From an uncultured delta proteobacterium (GTDB lineage: Bacteria > Myxococcota_A > Polyangia > Polyangiales > Polyangiaceae), in contig CAWAIF010000003.1 in assembly GCA_963782055.1 (NCBI GenBank), positions 1,120,001 through 1,184,000 on the forward strand: 64,000 nt of DNA, read 5' to 3'. This document shows, one piece after another, positions 36,737 to 48,179 of this stretch. A program made the translations under genes and the position numbers. Below the pieces are notes generated by a model, which saw only the letters and a list, made by a program, of their open reading frames with translations, was not told where the DNA came from and ran no database searches. How positions within the stretch are numbered: position 1 is the stretch's first letter; each line of letters opens with the position of its first letter.

Positions 36737-37534
36737 TCAAGGCTGAGTTGGCTGCGCCGCGCGGGCCGCCCGCACCTTCACCCGGTGGTCCCACCACGCC
36801 AGGAGCGTCGCGGCGACGAGCACCCCGGCCGCGGCCCCGGCGACGACGAGGAAGAGGGTGTAGCCCCACACGTAGACGCGCCCCGCCTCGAAGTACCAGT
36901 CGGGGTGGCGCAGCGCCGGCAGGGAGCGCACCACGCCCACCGCGCCGCCCGCGAGGGCGAAGGGAACGAGCAAGAAGCCTCCCCCGCGCCGCGCCGGCGG
37001 CTCCTGCGTGCTCTGCAAGGAGAGGCGCCGCAGGACCCAGAGCGCGATCACGCCGCCGACGATCGACGCGCCGACCTGCGTCAGGGTGTGCGTCGTGAAC
37101 CTGAGGTGCGCGACGTGGAAGACGGTGTGCGGCATCCACCCGGGGAGCATCACGTGCGTCAGCGCGTCGAACGCGAGGTGAGAGAAGGACCCGCAGAGCG
37201 CGCTCGCCGCCGCGCGCGCGACGCCGCCGGGTTGCGTGACGTCGGTGGCGGCGTCGGAGAGCCACGCGAGGCGCTTCCCGAGCCGCGCGGCGAGCACCTC
37301 GCCCAGGCGGAGGTTTCCCACGAGCAACACGACCGCCATCGTCACAGGCAGGCAGAAGGTGAACTGACCGGCGAAGGTGTGGCCGAACTCCACCGAGCGA
37401 TGCGGGTCGTTCCAGAAGTTCTGCAGGTCCGGCGCCATGCTGCCGATGACCAGCGCCGTCGCGTTGAAGGCGGCCGGCCGCCACGCCTTGAGCGGGAGCA
37501 CGGGGGCCTGGTGGGCGAGCAGCGGGAAGGGCAC
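36737..37534 (-). CDS. DUF4184-family membrane protein
   Basis: 'PFPLLAHQAPVLPL', 'LVIGSMAPDL', 'SHLAFDALTH'. Confidence 0.8.
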   Translation of the reverse strand: MPFPLLAHQAPVLPLKAWRPAAFNATALVIGSMAPDLQNFWNDPHRSVEFGHTFAGQFTFCLPVTMAVVLLVGNLRLGEVLAARLGKRLAWLSDAATDVTQPGGVARAAASALCGSFSHLAFDALTHVMLPGWMPHTVFHVAHLRFTTHTLTQVGASIVGGVIALWVLRRLSLQSTQEPPARRGGGFLLVPFALAGGAVGVVRSLPALRHPDWYFEAGRVYVWGYTLFLVVAGAAAGVLVAATLLAWWDHRVKVRAARAAQPTQP

Positions 37535-37605
37535 GGCGGCAGGTGGAGCAAAGCACACGCGGGGGGCATGTGCTCGCAGGACTGGGGAGATCGGCTCGGG
37601 AGACT

Positions 37606-38343
37606 TCAGACCCGTTCGAGGGCGTAGACGTCCACGTCGACGCCCGGACTGTAGAGGTCGGGCGTGCGCCCGCCCAGCGCGCTCGGCGGGAGGCCGGCCG
37701 CGACGAGCAGCGACTCGTCGAGTCGCTCGATGCTCGCGGAGCGCAGCGGATAAGGCGTGTGGTGCACCTGGCCCCGGTACAGCACACCCGCCGGGCTCTT
37801 CGAGTAGAGGAAGTAGCGCTCGGCGAGGAAGAACTGGAGCGTTCCGTCCCGGCTCGCCTCCAGCGCCTCGCCCACGGCGTACTCCAGGTCGAGCGCGGCT
37901 GGTGTGGGCTCCGGCCACAGGCGGCGCGACCGGTAGACGATGCGGTCGCCCTCCCGTTCGAGGCTCATCTCGGCGCGGAAGTACGGCAGGTGGAAGAAGC
38001 GGCGCGCGGCGCGCACCGCGAGCGAGCTGGCGGCGTCCAGGCTGAAGAAGTAGACGCCGGGGTCCCGCCCGCCGTGATGGACGTAGACGCGCACGTTCGT
38101 CTCGTGGAAGGCGCTGACCCCCGGCATCCCGGGCAGCCAGCGCAGGGGTCGGATGCCCCGCATGGTGAAGGGGACCAGACCCACGTAGGTCCGCCCCTCG
38201 AAGGTGTCGATCTCCAGCTCCGGCGGGACGAGGCGCCGGATGCGGTCGGGGTCCACCTCCCAGTGGACGAAGAGCAGATCGCGCCAGAGGTGGCGCCCCT
38301 GAGGCGAGTGATCCGGTCTGCGCGTCGGGCCGATGCGATCCAC
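37606..38343 (-). CDS. DUF2071 (YqjF-like) protein
   Basis: 'WRDLLFVHW', 'VGLVPF', 'FHETNVRVYV', 'GVYFFSLDA', 'FLAERY'. Confidence 0.9.
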   Translation of the reverse strand: MDRIGPTRRPDHSPQGRHLWRDLLFVHWEVDPDRIRRLVPPELEIDTFEGRTYVGLVPFTMRGIRPLRWLPGMPGVSAFHETNVRVYVHHGGRDPGVYFFSLDAASSLAVRAARRFFHLPYFRAEMSLEREGDRIVYRSRRLWPEPTPAALDLEYAVGEALEASRDGTLQFFLAERYFLYSKSPAGVLYRGQVHHTPYPLRSASIERLDESLLVAAGLPPSALGGRTPDLYSPGVDVDVYALERV

Positions 38344-38435
38344 GCGCGGAGACTACCGCGCGCCGCCGCTGCCCCAAAGCGCGCAGGCTCGACCGCCGCA
38401 CCCGAAGTCGTTACAACGGGCGCTGAGGTCTCACC

Positions 38436-39485
38436 ATGCGCGGATCGCGGCAGTGGAGTGCGAGCAGAGCCGCGGCGTTCGCGGGCGCGCTGGGCATGGC
38501 GGGGCTCGCGCTCTTCGTCTGGGCGTGCGGCGGCGACGACGCGTCCCAGCCCGGCGACGCCGGCTCCGACGTCACCGGCGCCGATGCGCCCGCGCCCGAC
38601 GCCGGCGTCGACGTCGACGCGGCGGACGCGGCGAGGGGGTGCGATCTCGCCAGGCCCTTCGACGCGCCCGTCTCCGTCGTCGAGCTGAACGGCCCGGGCG
38701 ACGACGTCGGAGCGCGGCTCTCCGCCGACGGCCTCACCGTCTACCTCACGAGCAACCGCGGGACCGACGCCGGGAGCGACTTCTTCACCCTCCCCACCAT
38801 GGCGATCTACCGCGCGACGCGCGCCGCCTCGGACCAGCCCTTCGGCGCGCCCGCGCCCGCCGCCGACCTCGACTCCGACGCGGGCGATGGGTACGTCACC
38901 CTCACCGGCGACGGCCTCACCGCGTACTTCGCCTCTCGCCGGGCCGGGTCGGGCGCCGCGGAGGTCTTCGTGGCCACACGCGCCGCCGCGGGCGATCCCT
39001 TCGGCGCCGCCGCGGCGATCCCCGACCTCGTGGCGGGCGGGGCGAACGCCGACCAGCCCTACGTGACGCCCGCGCGCTCCGCCCTGTACTTCGCCTCGAC
39101 ACGCGGCGTCGACGGCGGGGTGGCGGGCTTCCACGTCTTCCGCTCGCCCATCACCGCGGGCACGGTGGGCGCGCCGGCGCTCGTGGACGGTGTCTACGGG
39201 CCCGACGCCGGCGTCAAGGTGAGCTTCTCCCCGGTGGTGAGCGCCGACGAGCTCACCCTGTACTTCTCCGCGCCGAACCTCGGCAACCTGGACATCTGGC
39301 GGGCGACGCGCGCCAGCGCGCAGGACGCCTTCTCCAATCCCACGCCGGTCACCGAGCTGAACACCGCCGACCTGGATGCGCCCTCGTACCTGACGCCGGA
39401 CGGCTGCACCCTCTACTTCTACAGCAGCCGCGGCGGCGGCTTCGGCAAGCTGGACATCTACCGGGCGAGCAAGCCGGCGAAGTGA
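38436..39485 (+). CDS. PD40/WD40-like beta-propeller lipoprotein
   Basis: 'FVWAC' lipobox; repeated 'LSADGLTVYLTS', 'LTGDGLTAYFAS', 'VSADELTLYFS', 'LTPDGCTLYF'. Confidence 0.8.
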   Translation: MRGSRQWSASRAAAFAGALGMAGLALFVWACGGDDASQPGDAGSDVTGADAPAPDAGVDVDAADAARGCDLARPFDAPVSVVELNGPGDDVGARLSADGLTVYLTSNRGTDAGSDFFTLPTMAIYRATRAASDQPFGAPAPAADLDSDAGDGYVTLTGDGLTAYFASRRAGSGAAEVFVATRAAAGDPFGAAAAIPDLVAGGANADQPYVTPARSALYFASTRGVDGGVAGFHVFRSPITAGTVGAPALVDGVYGPDAGVKVSFSPVVSADELTLYFSAPNLGNLDIWRATRASAQDAFSNPTPVTELNTADLDAPSYLTPDGCTLYFYSSRGGGFGKLDIYRASKPAK

Positions 39486-39540
39486 CGATGGCGAACGTCT
39501 GAGCCAAGGCGCCCGCGGTTTGCTACACCCTGGGGCCTCG

Positions 39541-42024
39541 ATGAGCGGCGCGTGGGTGGTGCACAAGTTCGGGGGGACGAGCGTGGCGAGCGCGGAGCGC
39601 TACCGCCAGGTCGCGGGCGTCGTCGCGCGCGAGCCCGGCGCGAGGAAGGCCATCGTGGTCTCGGCGATGTCGGGCGTCACCGACGCGCTGCACGCGCTCG
39701 TCGACCTCGCCCGCGGCCGCGACGACGCCTACCACGCCAGGCTGCGCGAGCTACGCAACCGGCACGTGGAGACCGCGCGCGCGCTCCTGCCGCCGGACGA
39801 GGCCGAGCGCATCGAGGCGGTGCTGGACGACGACGTGCGCGACGTCGCCGACATCCTGCGCGCCATCTGGCTGGGCAAGAGCTGCTCCGAGCTGACGGCG
39901 GAGCTGGTCGCCGGTTACGGCGAGCTCTGGTCGGCGCAGATGTTCTGCGCGCACCTGCGCGCGCTGGGCGTGCGCGCCGACTGGCTGGACGCGCGGCTGG
40001 TCCTGACGGTCCGCCCGGGCGAGCTCGGCCCCATCGTCGACTTCGCCGGCGGCGCGGAGCGCACCCGTGCGTGGCTCGCCGAGCGCTCCTGCGATCACGT
40101 CGTCGTCACCGGCTACATCGCCTCGACGGCCGAGGGCGTGCCGACGACGCTCAAGCGCAACGGGAGCGACTTCTCCGCCTCCATCTTCGGCGCGTTGCTG
40201 GAGGCGGCGAGCATCACCATCTGGACCGACGTGGACGGCGTGCTCAGCGCCGACCCGCGCCGCGTGCCGGAGGCGGTCGTCGTCGAGTCCATGTCTTACG
40301 ACGAGGCGATCGAGCTGGCGTACTTCGGCGCGAAGGTGCTGCACCCGCGCACGATGGAGCCCGCGGTCTCGCGCGGGATCCCCATCTGGATCCGCAACAC
40401 CTTCCGGCCGGAGCGGCCGGGGACGCGCATCGGCCCGGCGGAGCCCGCCGGGGAGCGCTCGCGCACCGTCGTGAAGGGCTTCTCCACCTTCGAGGACGTC
40501 GCGCTGGTCAACGTGGAGGGCACCGGGATGATCGGCGTGCCCGGCGTGGCGCAGCGCCTCTTCGGCGCGCTGCGCGACGTGTCGGTGAGCGTGGTGCTCA
40601 TCTCGCAGGCGAGCTCGGAGCACTCCATCTGCTTCGCCGTGCCGCACGGGCAGGGCGAGACGGCGCGCGCCACGGCGATGCGCGCCTTCGACCACGAGAT
40701 CCGCGCCGGGCAGGTGCAGCGGGTGGAGCTGCTCTCCTCGTGCTGCGTCCTCGCCGCGGTGGGCGACGAGATGGCGCGCTCGCCGGGGGTGGCGGCGACC
40801 TTCTTCGGCGCGCTCGGCAAGGCGGGCGTCAACGTGCGCGCCATCGCGCAGGGCTCCTCCGAGCGCAACATCTCGGCGGTCATCGACCAGGAGGACTCCA
40901 CCCGCGCCCTGCGCGCGGTGCACGCCGGCTTCTACCTCTCCGACAGGGTGCTCTCGGTGGGCGTGGTCGGGCCGGGCCTGGTCGGACGCGCGCTGCTCGC
41001 CCAGCTCGCCCGGCAGGCGCCCGTCCTGCGCGAGCAGCACCGCATCGACCTGCGCGTCCGGGCGATCGCCAACCGCCGCAGCATGATCACCGCCGAGACC
41101 GCGCTCGACCTCGCGCGGTGGAGCGAGCAGCTCGCCGGGGGCGAGCCGGCGGACCTGGAGCTCTTCGCGGCGCACGTCCACGCCGAGCACCTGCCGCACG
41201 CCGTCATCGTCGACTGCACGGCGAGCGACGAGGTCGCCGCGCGCTACGAGGAGTGGCTGCGGCGCGGCATCCACGTCGTCACGCCCAACAAGCGCGCCGG
41301 CGCAGGGCCCCTCGCGCGCTACCGCGCCATCCGCGCGCTCGGCCGCACCCTCTCGCGCCACTTCTTCTACGAGGCCACCGTCGGCGCGGGGCTCCCGGTC
41401 ATCACCACCCTGCGTGATCTCATCCAGACGGGCGATCGCGTGGAGAAGATCGAGGGCGTGCTCTCCGGCACGCTGTCGTACGTGTTCAACACCTTCTCCG
41501 CGGGCGGCGTCGCCTTCTCGGAGGTGGTGCGCAAGGCGCGCGAGCTCGGATACACCGAGCCGGACCCGCGCGACGACCTCTCCGGGATGGACGTGGCGCG
41601 CAAGCTGGTCATCCTGGCGCGGGAGACGGGCCTATCCATCGAGCTGGGCGGCGTGGAGGTGCAGAGCCTGGTCTCGCCGGAGGGGCAGGACGCCGGGAGT
41701 CCGGACGAGTTCCTGGACGGCCTCGCCGCGACCGACGCCGAGATGGCCGATCGGCGCGACCGCGCGGCCGCCCGCGGGGAGGTGCTGCGCTACGTGGGGC
41801 TGCTGGACACGACCGGCCGGGCGACGGTCTCGCTGCGCACCTACCCCGAGTCGCACCCCTTCGCGCGGGTGGCCGCGACCGACAACATCTTCGCCTTCAC
41901 GACGGCGCGCTACCACGAGCAGCCGCTCGTCGTGCAGGGGCCCGGCGCCGGGCCGGAGGTGACCGCGGGCGGGGTGTTCGCGGACCTGCTGCGCCTCGCC
42001 AACTACCTCGGCGGAGGGGAGTGA
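39541..42024 (+). CDS. thrA: Bifunctional aspartokinase/homoserine dehydrogenase I
   Basis: 'VHKFGGTSV', 'RNGSDFSA', 'WTDVDGV', two ACT domains, 'YEATVGAGLPVI', 'GYTEPDPRDDLSG', 'GPGAGPEVTA'. Confidence 0.97.
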   Translation: MSGAWVVHKFGGTSVASAERYRQVAGVVAREPGARKAIVVSAMSGVTDALHALVDLARGRDDAYHARLRELRNRHVETARALLPPDEAERIEAVLDDDVRDVADILRAIWLGKSCSELTAELVAGYGELWSAQMFCAHLRALGVRADWLDARLVLTVRPGELGPIVDFAGGAERTRAWLAERSCDHVVVTGYIASTAEGVPTTLKRNGSDFSASIFGALLEAASITIWTDVDGVLSADPRRVPEAVVVESMSYDEAIELAYFGAKVLHPRTMEPAVSRGIPIWIRNTFRPERPGTRIGPAEPAGERSRTVVKGFSTFEDVALVNVEGTGMIGVPGVAQRLFGALRDVSVSVVLISQASSEHSICFAVPHGQGETARATAMRAFDHEIRAGQVQRVELLSSCCVLAAVGDEMARSPGVAATFFGALGKAGVNVRAIAQGSSERNISAVIDQEDSTRALRAVHAGFYLSDRVLSVGVVGPGLVGRALLAQLARQAPVLREQHRIDLRVRAIANRRSMITAETALDLARWSEQLAGGEPADLELFAAHVHAEHLPHAVIVDCTASDEVAARYEEWLRRGIHVVTPNKRAGAGPLARYRAIRALGRTLSRHFFYEATVGAGLPVITTLRDLIQTGDRVEKIEGVLSGTLSYVFNTFSAGGVAFSEVVRKARELGYTEPDPRDDLSGMDVARKLVILARETGLSIELGGVEVQSLVSPEGQDAGSPDEFLDGLAATDAEMADRRDRAAARGEVLRYVGLLDTTGRATVSLRTYPESHPFARVAATDNIFAFTTARYHEQPLVVQGPGAGPEVTAGGVFADLLRLANYLGGGE

Positions 42025-42067
42025 GGGGGCTCCGCCATGCCTCGGAGCGGAGCGCCCGCGCCCGCGT

Positions 42068-43399
42068 CTAGCGACGGTCGTGCGTGGCGTCGATCGCCCG
42101 GCGGACGGCGTCGATGTCGGCGGGCAGCTCCACGGGCCGGTTCGCGTGGCGCGCGGTGACGCCCGGGAGGGTGCCCATGTGGTACGCGCGCTTGAACTCG
42201 GTGAACTTCAGGCCGTGCGCCGTGCTGATCACCACCACGCGCTCGTCCTTGCCGATGACCCCGCGGCGCACCAGCTTCTCCGTCGCCGCGAGCGCCACGC
42301 CGGTGTGCGGGCAGTTGTACATCCCGGTGCGGTCGGCGCGCGCCACCGCGTCGGCGAGCTCGTCCTCGGTCGCCTGCTCCACGACGCCGTCGGTCGCCTG
42401 GAGCACACGGATGGCGCGCTGGATGCTCACCGGGTCGCCGATCTGGATCGCGCTCGCGGCGGTGGGCTGCGCGGCGATGGGCGCGTAGGTCTCGAAGCCG
42501 TTCTGGAAGGCGCGGTAGAGCGGGTTGGCGCGCTCGGCCTGGGCGACGCAGAGGCGCGGCAGCTTCGAGATGATGCCGAGGTCGCGCAGGAGCATGAAGC
42601 CCTTGCCGAGCGCGTAGACGTTGCCCAGGTTGCCGCCGGGCACCACCACCCAGTCGGGCACGGCCCAGTCGAACTGCTGGACGATCTCCACCGCCACGGT
42701 CTTCTGTCCCTCGATGCGCAGGCTGTTCATCGAGTTGGCGAGGTAGATGGAGCCGTCGGCGGTGAGCTCCTGCACCACGCGCATGCAGCCATCGAAGTCG
42801 GTGTCCAGGGAGAGGACGAGCGCGCCGTTGGCGAGCGGCTGCAGGAGCTGGGCGACGGAGACCTTGTTCCGCGGCAGCAGCACCAGCGCGGGGAGACCGG
42901 CCGCTGCACAGTAGGCGGCGAGCGCGGCGGAGGTGTCGCCGGTGCTCGCGCAGGCGATGGCGCGGACGGAGCGGCCGCGGCGGATCATCTCGCGCACGGC
43001 GGAGACGAGCACGGTCATGCCCAGGTCCTTGAAGGACCCGGTGTGCGAGTTGCCACACTGCTTGATCCAGAGGTCCGAGAGGCCGAGCTCGCGGCCGTAG
43101 CGGTCGGCCCAGAGCAAGTTGGAGCCGCCCTCGGCGAAGCTGACGATGCTCTGGTGATGGATGCCCGGGTAGACCCACTCCAGCTTCCCCCACACCCCCG
43201 AGCCGTAGGGCCACTCTGTGCGCATCCAGCGCCTGTCGAGCAGCGCCGTCCACTCGGCGGCGGTCCGGTCGCGCAGGGCGTCCACGTCCTGCTCCACGTC
43301 CAGGAGCGAGCCGCAGCGCTTGCAGCGGTAGACGATCTCGTCGAGGGGGTAGTGCTCGCCGCATCCGGCGAAGCACCCGAAGCGGGCCCGGTAGGTCAT
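42068..43399 (-). CDS. thrC: Threonine synthase
   Basis: '[10 protein letters not shown]' (PLP Lys), '[10 protein letters not shown]', 'PGGNLGN', 'STAHGLKF'. Confidence 0.95.
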   Translation of the reverse strand: MTYRARFGCFAGCGEHYPLDEIVYRCKRCGSLLDVEQDVDALRDRTAAEWTALLDRRWMRTEWPYGSGVWGKLEWVYPGIHHQSIVSFAEGGSNLLWADRYGRELGLSDLWIKQCGNSHTGSFKDLGMTVLVSAVREMIRRGRSVRAIACASTGDTSAALAAYCAAAGLPALVLLPRNKVSVAQLLQPLANGALVLSLDTDFDGCMRVVQELTADGSIYLANSMNSLRIEGQKTVAVEIVQQFDWAVPDWVVVPGGNLGNVYALGKGFMLLRDLGIISKLPRLCVAQAERANPLYRAFQNGFETYAPIAAQPTAASAIQIGDPVSIQRAIRVLQATDGVVEQATEDELADAVARADRTGMYNCPHTGVALAATEKLVRRGVIGKDERVVVISTAHGLKFTEFKRAYHMGTLPGVTARHANRPVELPADIDAVRRAIDATHDRR

Positions 43400-43418
43400 C
43401 GGTCCATCCTCCTCGCCC

Positions 43419-45398
43419 TCACCGCGGTCGGCCCTTGCGGTGGGGCTTGGGGGGTCGCCGGATCACGCGCGTGCCGCCGGTCGAGCGCGGCGTCTCCACC
43501 TTGCGCGTGCTCTTGCGCGGGGGCGGAGCGGGCCGCTCTTCCTTGCTCGAGGTCTCCAGCTTGCGCGTGCTCCTGCGCGGGGGCGGAGCGGGCCGCTCTT
43601 CCTTGCTCGAGGTCTCCAGCTTGCGCGTGCTCCTGCGCGGGGGCGGCGTGGGCGCGCGCTCGGTCGCGGGCTGCTCGCGCAGCACCTTCACGCGCGGATC
43701 GCGCGGGTCGGGACGGCCGGCGGCCTCGGCGAAGCGCTCGGCCACCGCGGCGGACACGTCGACGATCGAGTAGCTCCGCTCGACGCTGATCGCGCCGATG
43801 TCCTTGCCCTGGATGCCGCCGCGCCGGCACAGCATGGCGAGCACCCGGCGCGCGTCGGCGCCGTGCTGGCCGCCCCACGTCACGCGGAAGCGTGTCCAGG
43901 CGCCGGGCGCGCCCGGGCCCGCCTCGCGCCGGGGGGGCCGCGCGTCGGGGTGAACCGGGGGCCGTCGCGGCGCGAGGGCGTCGGGGTAGGCCGGGGGGCG
44001 TCGCGGCGCGGGGGCGTCCGGATGCGGCGCGTCCCGACGTGTGTGCGCGTCGCGCGCCGTCGCCCGCGGCGCCGTGTGGGCGACCGGCACGGCGCGGATG
44101 TCCCGCGGCTGCGCGGCGCCGAAGAGGCGTCCGCGCGCCAGCAGCCGCGCCAGTACGCGCGAGCGCGGCTCCTCCTTGGCGAGGCGCTTCGCGAGCGCCC
44201 AGATGGACTCGTCGATGCCGGCGTCCGGCGCCTCGCCCGTCAGCTCGGCGAAGAGGCGCTCCGCCGCCGCCCTGCGCAGCTCCTCCGCCGTGGGCACCGG
44301 CTCGATCCGCCAGCGCACCTTCGCCCGCGAGAGCAGGCCGGTGACGCGCCGGAGCGCCGCCGGCGCCGCGAGCACCGAGCTCGTCCCCTGCCGGCCCGCG
44401 CGCCCGGTCCGGCCGCTGCGGTGCGTGTACGTGTCGGCGTCCCCCGGCGGCTCGGCGTGGATGACGCGCCCGATGTCCTGCACGTCGATCCCGCGCGCGG
44501 CGACGTCGGTCGCCACCAGAGCCTGGATCGCCCCGCGCTTGAAGGCGGCGAGGGCGCGGTCGCGCTCCGGCTGATCCATGTCGCCGGAGAGCGAGCCGAT
44601 GGCGAAGCCCGCCGCCTGCAGCAGCGCGGAGAGCTCGGCGACGTCGGCGCGGGTGCGCACGAAGACGAGCGACGGCGCGTCGGGCGTCGCGAGCAGCAGG
44701 TTGACGATGGCGTCCAGCCGCTGGTGCGACTGCACCACGTGGATGAGGTGCTCGATGTCGGTGTTGGCCGCCCCGAGCGGTGTCCCCTCGACGAACGCGG
44801 GATCGGTCTGCACGCGGTCGGCGAGGGCTCGGACCTCGCGCGGGAAGGTCGCCGAGACCAGGATGGTCCGTCGCTCCGCCGGGGCCTTGGCCAGGATGGC
44901 GTCGATGTCCTCCTTGAAGCCCATGTCCAGCATGCGATCGGCCTCGTCCAGGACGACGGCGCGCACCGACGCGGTCTCCAGTCCGCCGCGCTCGAGGTGA
45001 TCGCGGAGCCTGCCGGGCGTCCCGACGACGACGGCCGGCTTGCGCGCGAGCGCGCGGTGCTCGTCCCGGTAGCTGGAGCCGCCGGTGACCGACGTCACCT
45101 CCGCGCCGAGCGGCGCGAAGAACCACCGCAGCTCCTGCTCCACCTGCTTGGCCAGCTCGCGCGTGGGCGCGATCAGCAGGGCGCGCGGCGAGCCGGCGTC
45201 GCGGTCGGCGACGACGTCGCGGATGGCGATGCCCACCGCCACCGTCTTGCCCGAGCCCGTCTGCGAGGTGATGCGCAGATCGCGGCCCGCGAGCTCGGGG
45301 CTCAGCACGGCCTCCTGCACCGGCGTGAGCGTGTCGTAGCCTCTGGCCGCGAGCGCGGAGGCGAGCTCGGGCCCCAGGGATTCGTGGATGTCGGTCAT
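43419..45398 (-). CDS. DEAD-box RNA helicase with DbpA-type RNA-binding domain
   Basis: Q motif, 'QTGSGKT', 'PTRELA', 'DEAD', 'SAT', '[10 protein letters not shown]'; C-terminal 'GKDIGAISV'. Confidence 0.95.
   Translation of the reverse strand: MTDIHESLGPELASALAARGYDTLTPVQEAVLSPELAGRDLRITSQTGSGKTVAVGIAIRDVVADRDAGSPRALLIAPTRELAKQVEQELRWFFAPLGAEVTSVTGGSSYRDEHRALARKPAVVVGTPGRLRDHLERGGLETASVRAVVLDEADRMLDMGFKEDIDAILAKAPAERRTILVSATFPREVRALADRVQTDPAFVEGTPLGAANTDIEHLIHVVQSHQRLDAIVNLLLATPDAPSLVFVRTRADVAELSALLQAAGFAIGSLSGDMDQPERDRALAAFKRGAIQALVATDVAARGIDVQDIGRVIHAEPPGDADTYTHRSGRTGRAGRQGTSSVLAAPAALRRVTGLLSRAKVRWRIEPVPTAEELRRAAAERLFAELTGEAPDAGIDESIWALAKRLAKEEPRSRVLARLLARGRLFGAAQPRDIRAVPVAHTAPRATARDAHTRRDAPHPDAPAPRRPPAYPDALAPRRPPVHPDARPPRREAGPGAPGAWTRFRVTWGGQHGADARRVLAMLCRRGGIQGKDIGAISVERSYSIVDVSAAVAERFAEAAGRPDPRDPRVKVLREQPATERAPTPPPRRSTRKLETSSKEERPAPPPRRSTRKLETSSKEERPAPPPRKSTRKVETPRSTGGTRVIRRPPKPHRKGRPR
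43492..43646. repeat. 60-bp in-frame tandem repeat (~2.5 copies) in the helicase C-terminus
   Basis: TTGCGCGTGCTC recurs at 43501, 43561 and 43621; encodes [20 protein letters not shown]. Confidence 0.9.
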
Positions 45399-46825
45399 GG
45401 CTCCTGCCGCACTGCCTCGATCGCCGCGAGGACGCCGCGCGCCTTGCTGCGCGTCTCCTCAGCCTCCGACGCGGGATCGCTCGCCTCCACGATCCCGGCG
45501 CCGGCCGTCACGGTGAAGGCATCCTTTTCGCACACCGCGGTGCGAATGGCGATCGCCAGGTCCATGTCGGCCCCGAGGTAGCCGACGGCGCCGCCGTAGA
45601 TCCCGCGCGGGCGCGTCTCCAGCTCGCGGACGATCTGCATGGCGCGCAGCTTCGGCGCGCCGGAGAGGGTACCGGCGGGGAAGGCGGCGCGCAGCACCTC
45701 GACGGGCGGCACGCGCACCGGGACGCGCCCGCGCACCTCGCTCACCAGGTGCATGACGTGGGAGTAGCGCTCCACCTCCATCTGGCGCAAGACCTCCACG
45801 CTCCCCACCTCGGCGACCTGGCCGACGTCGTTGCGGCCGAGGTCGATGAGCATCACGTGCTCGGCGCGCTCCTTCGGGTCGGCGCGAAGCTCCGCCTCCA
45901 TCGCCGCGTCGTCCGCAGGGGTCTTGCCCCGCCGGCGCGTGCCGGCGATGGGCCGCACCGTCATCACCGCGCCTCCCGGCCCGCGCTCCAGGCGCACCAG
46001 CGTCTCCGGGCTGGCGCCGAGCACCTGCGTGCGCGTGCCGCCCTGGGCGACGGGCGGCAGGTCGAGGAACATCATGTACGGCGACGGGTTGACCAGGCGC
46101 ATCGCCCGGTAGACGTCGAACGGGTCGCGCCCCTGCCGCGGCACGGTGAAGCTGCGCGCGAGCACGATCTGGAAGGCGTCGCCGGCGGCGATGTACTCCT
46201 TGGCGCGCCGGACCGCCGCCTCGTAGTGGAAGTCGTCCATGGAGACCTCCACCCCCGACGGCACGCGCGCGCGGTCGGGCAGGGCGATCTCGGCGAGGTG
46301 GACGTCTGCCTCGAGGTCCCGGCGCGCGGCCTCGACCGTCGCCTCGTCGTCGGCGGCGATGGTGACGGTCTGATCCAGCGCGTCGAAGACGCAGACCACC
46401 GGGCGGCCGAGCAGCCGCGCCACCGGCCGGCGTTCGGGCGTCTCCCAGCCCGGCACGCGCGCGATGCGGTGGACCAGGTCCCAGGCGAAGTAGCCCACGT
46501 GCGCCCGCGCGATGCGCTCGGCCAGGTGCGCCGTCGGCGCGGCGTCGTCGATCATGCGCGCCGCGGCCGCCAGCGGGTCGCCCGCGTCCTGCTCCAGCGC
46601 GTCGGCGAACGCGGGCCGCTCACCGCGCACCTCCCACGGGCCGCGGTCGAAGAGGACGGCCTCGTAGCGCGGGCGGTAGCCGAGGATGGAGTGGCGCGCC
46701 CAGCGCTCGCCGCCGACGACGCTCTCGAGCAGGAAGGACGCGCCGCCCGCCGCCGCGCGGCGCAAGCCGGCGTACGCGCGCACCGGCGTGAGCGCGTCGG
46801 CGACGAAGGTGCGTGTCGTCGTCAT
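45395..46825 (-). CDS. trpE: Anthranilate synthase component I
   Basis: '[17 protein letters not shown]', '[10 protein letters not shown]', 'NPSPYM', '[15 protein letters not shown]', '[11 protein letters not shown]'. Confidence 0.92.
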   Translation of the reverse strand: MTTTRTFVADALTPVRAYAGLRRAAAGGASFLLESVVGGERWARHSILGYRPRYEAVLFDRGPWEVRGERPAFADALEQDAGDPLAAAARMIDDAAPTAHLAERIARAHVGYFAWDLVHRIARVPGWETPERRPVARLLGRPVVCVFDALDQTVTIAADDEATVEAARRDLEADVHLAEIALPDRARVPSGVEVSMDDFHYEAAVRRAKEYIAAGDAFQIVLARSFTVPRQGRDPFDVYRAMRLVNPSPYMMFLDLPPVAQGGTRTQVLGASPETLVRLERGPGGAVMTVRPIAGTRRRGKTPADDAAMEAELRADPKERAEHVMLIDLGRNDVGQVAEVGSVEVLRQMEVERYSHVMHLVSEVRGRVPVRVPPVEVLRAAFPAGTLSGAPKLRAMQIVRELETRPRGIYGGAVGYLGADMDLAIAIRTAVCEKDAFTVTAGAGIVEASDPASEAEETRSKARGVLAAIEAVRQEP

Positions 46826-48111
46826 CGACGATGCATCACGCCGAGCATGGTGCGCGCGCGCTCCGGCGCGACCGGCGTCCGGCCGACGCTCTTCGCGTAG
46901 GCGGCCGCGCGGGCCACGAGCGGCGCGGAGCCTTCGGCGAGCACGCCCCGGTCCAGGTAGATGTTGTCCTCCAGCCCGACGCGCGCGTGGCCGCCCATGC
47001 GGATGGCGAGCTCGGTGAGGGGACGCTGGTGCTTGCCCACCGCGGCGACGGCCCACGTCGCGCCCCCGGGCAGGAGCGATTTCATGTAGTTTACATGTTC
47101 CTCGCGCGCCCCGATGCCGCCGGGCACGCCGAGCACGAACTGGAAGTGCAGGGGCGGTGCGATGGCGCCCTCCGCCAGCAGGCGCAGCGCCTCCTCCACG
47201 TGGCCGACCTCGTAGCACTCCAGCTCCGGGATGCTGCCCGCCGCGCGGATGCGCTTGGCCAGGTCGCGGATGTCGGGCCGGGAGTTGACGAAGACGTCGT
47301 CGCCGAAGTTGATGGTGCCGCAGTTGAGGGTGGCCATCTCCGGCTTGCACTGCAGCGGCTGGGCGCGCTCGTCCAGGCTCATGCCCACCGCGCCGCCCGT
47401 GGAGGTCTGCACGATGCAGTCGGTCTTCTTGCGGATGGCGTCGATGGCCTCGGCGAAGCGGTCGGCGGACTGCGTGGGGGAGCCGTCGGGGTTGCGCACG
47501 TGCAGGTGGATGACGGCGGCGCCGGCGTCGCGGCAGCGCGCGGCCTCGTCGGCAATCTCGTGCGCGGTGATGGGCACGTGCGGGTTCTGCTCGCGCGTCA
47601 CCTCCGCGCCGACGATGGCCGCCGTCAGGATGACCTCCGGCTGCGGCTCCGGCGTGACGATGGGGGAGGTGCTCGGGGAGGGCCCGGGCGGCAGGCCGGG
47701 CGCGTAGAGGCCCTTGGGGCGCCGCTGCATCGCGGCCGGAACGACGCAGGTGCCCATCGCGCGGCAGACGACGACCGGCTCCTCCATCACGTCGGCGGCG
47801 CTGGGAGGCAGGCCGGGCTCACGCAGGTTGCCGATGACCTTGCGAGCCTCGAACTGCATGCGCCGGCTGGTCTTGCCCATGCGGATGAGCTCGGCGGTGG
47901 CCTCGATGTAGTCGCCGGCGAAGACGGGGGCGAGGAACTCCACCGACTCGTAGGCGCGGAAGAGCCCCTCGTCGCCGTCGAGGCGGATGAGCAGCTCGGT
48001 CGCCAGGTCGCCGAAGAGGGCGAGCATGCGCGCGCCGTCGACCAGCTCGCCCGCGTAGTGGGCGTCGTGGGAGGACATGCGCAGGCGCAGGGTGACTCGG
48101 AGGGGGAGCAT
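46822..48111 (-). CDS. Fusion of 3-aminobutyryl-CoA ammonia-lyase (Kal, hotdog fold) and 3-keto-5-aminohexanoate cleavage enzyme (Kce)
   Basis: N-terminal '[17 protein letters not shown]...[22 protein letters not shown]'; C-terminal 'IHLHVR', 'STGG', 'HARVGLEDN'. Confidence 0.88.
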   Translation of the reverse strand: MLPLRVTLRLRMSSHDAHYAGELVDGARMLALFGDLATELLIRLDGDEGLFRAYESVEFLAPVFAGDYIEATAELIRMGKTSRRMQFEARKVIGNLREPGLPPSAADVMEEPVVVCRAMGTCVVPAAMQRRPKGLYAPGLPPGPSPSTSPIVTPEPQPEVILTAAIVGAEVTREQNPHVPITAHEIADEAARCRDAGAAVIHLHVRNPDGSPTQSADRFAEAIDAIRKKTDCIVQTSTGGAVGMSLDERAQPLQCKPEMATLNCGTINFGDDVFVNSRPDIRDLAKRIRAAGSIPELECYEVGHVEEALRLLAEGAIAPPLHFQFVLGVPGGIGAREEHVNYMKSLLPGGATWAVAAVGKHQRPLTELAIRMGGHARVGLEDNIYLDRGVLAEGSAPLVARAAAYAKSVGRTPVAPERARTMLGVMHRR

Positions 48112-48179
48112 GGGGGTATCAAAGCGCGTGGCGCGAGCGGCGACAACCTCGTCCGCCCCCCCGCCCCCAGCTCGGCAGC

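Noticed and set aside
42026..42058. Intrinsic terminator between thrA and thrC
   Set aside because: A GCTCCGC/GCGGAGC hairpin is present but has no U-tract; too weak to call
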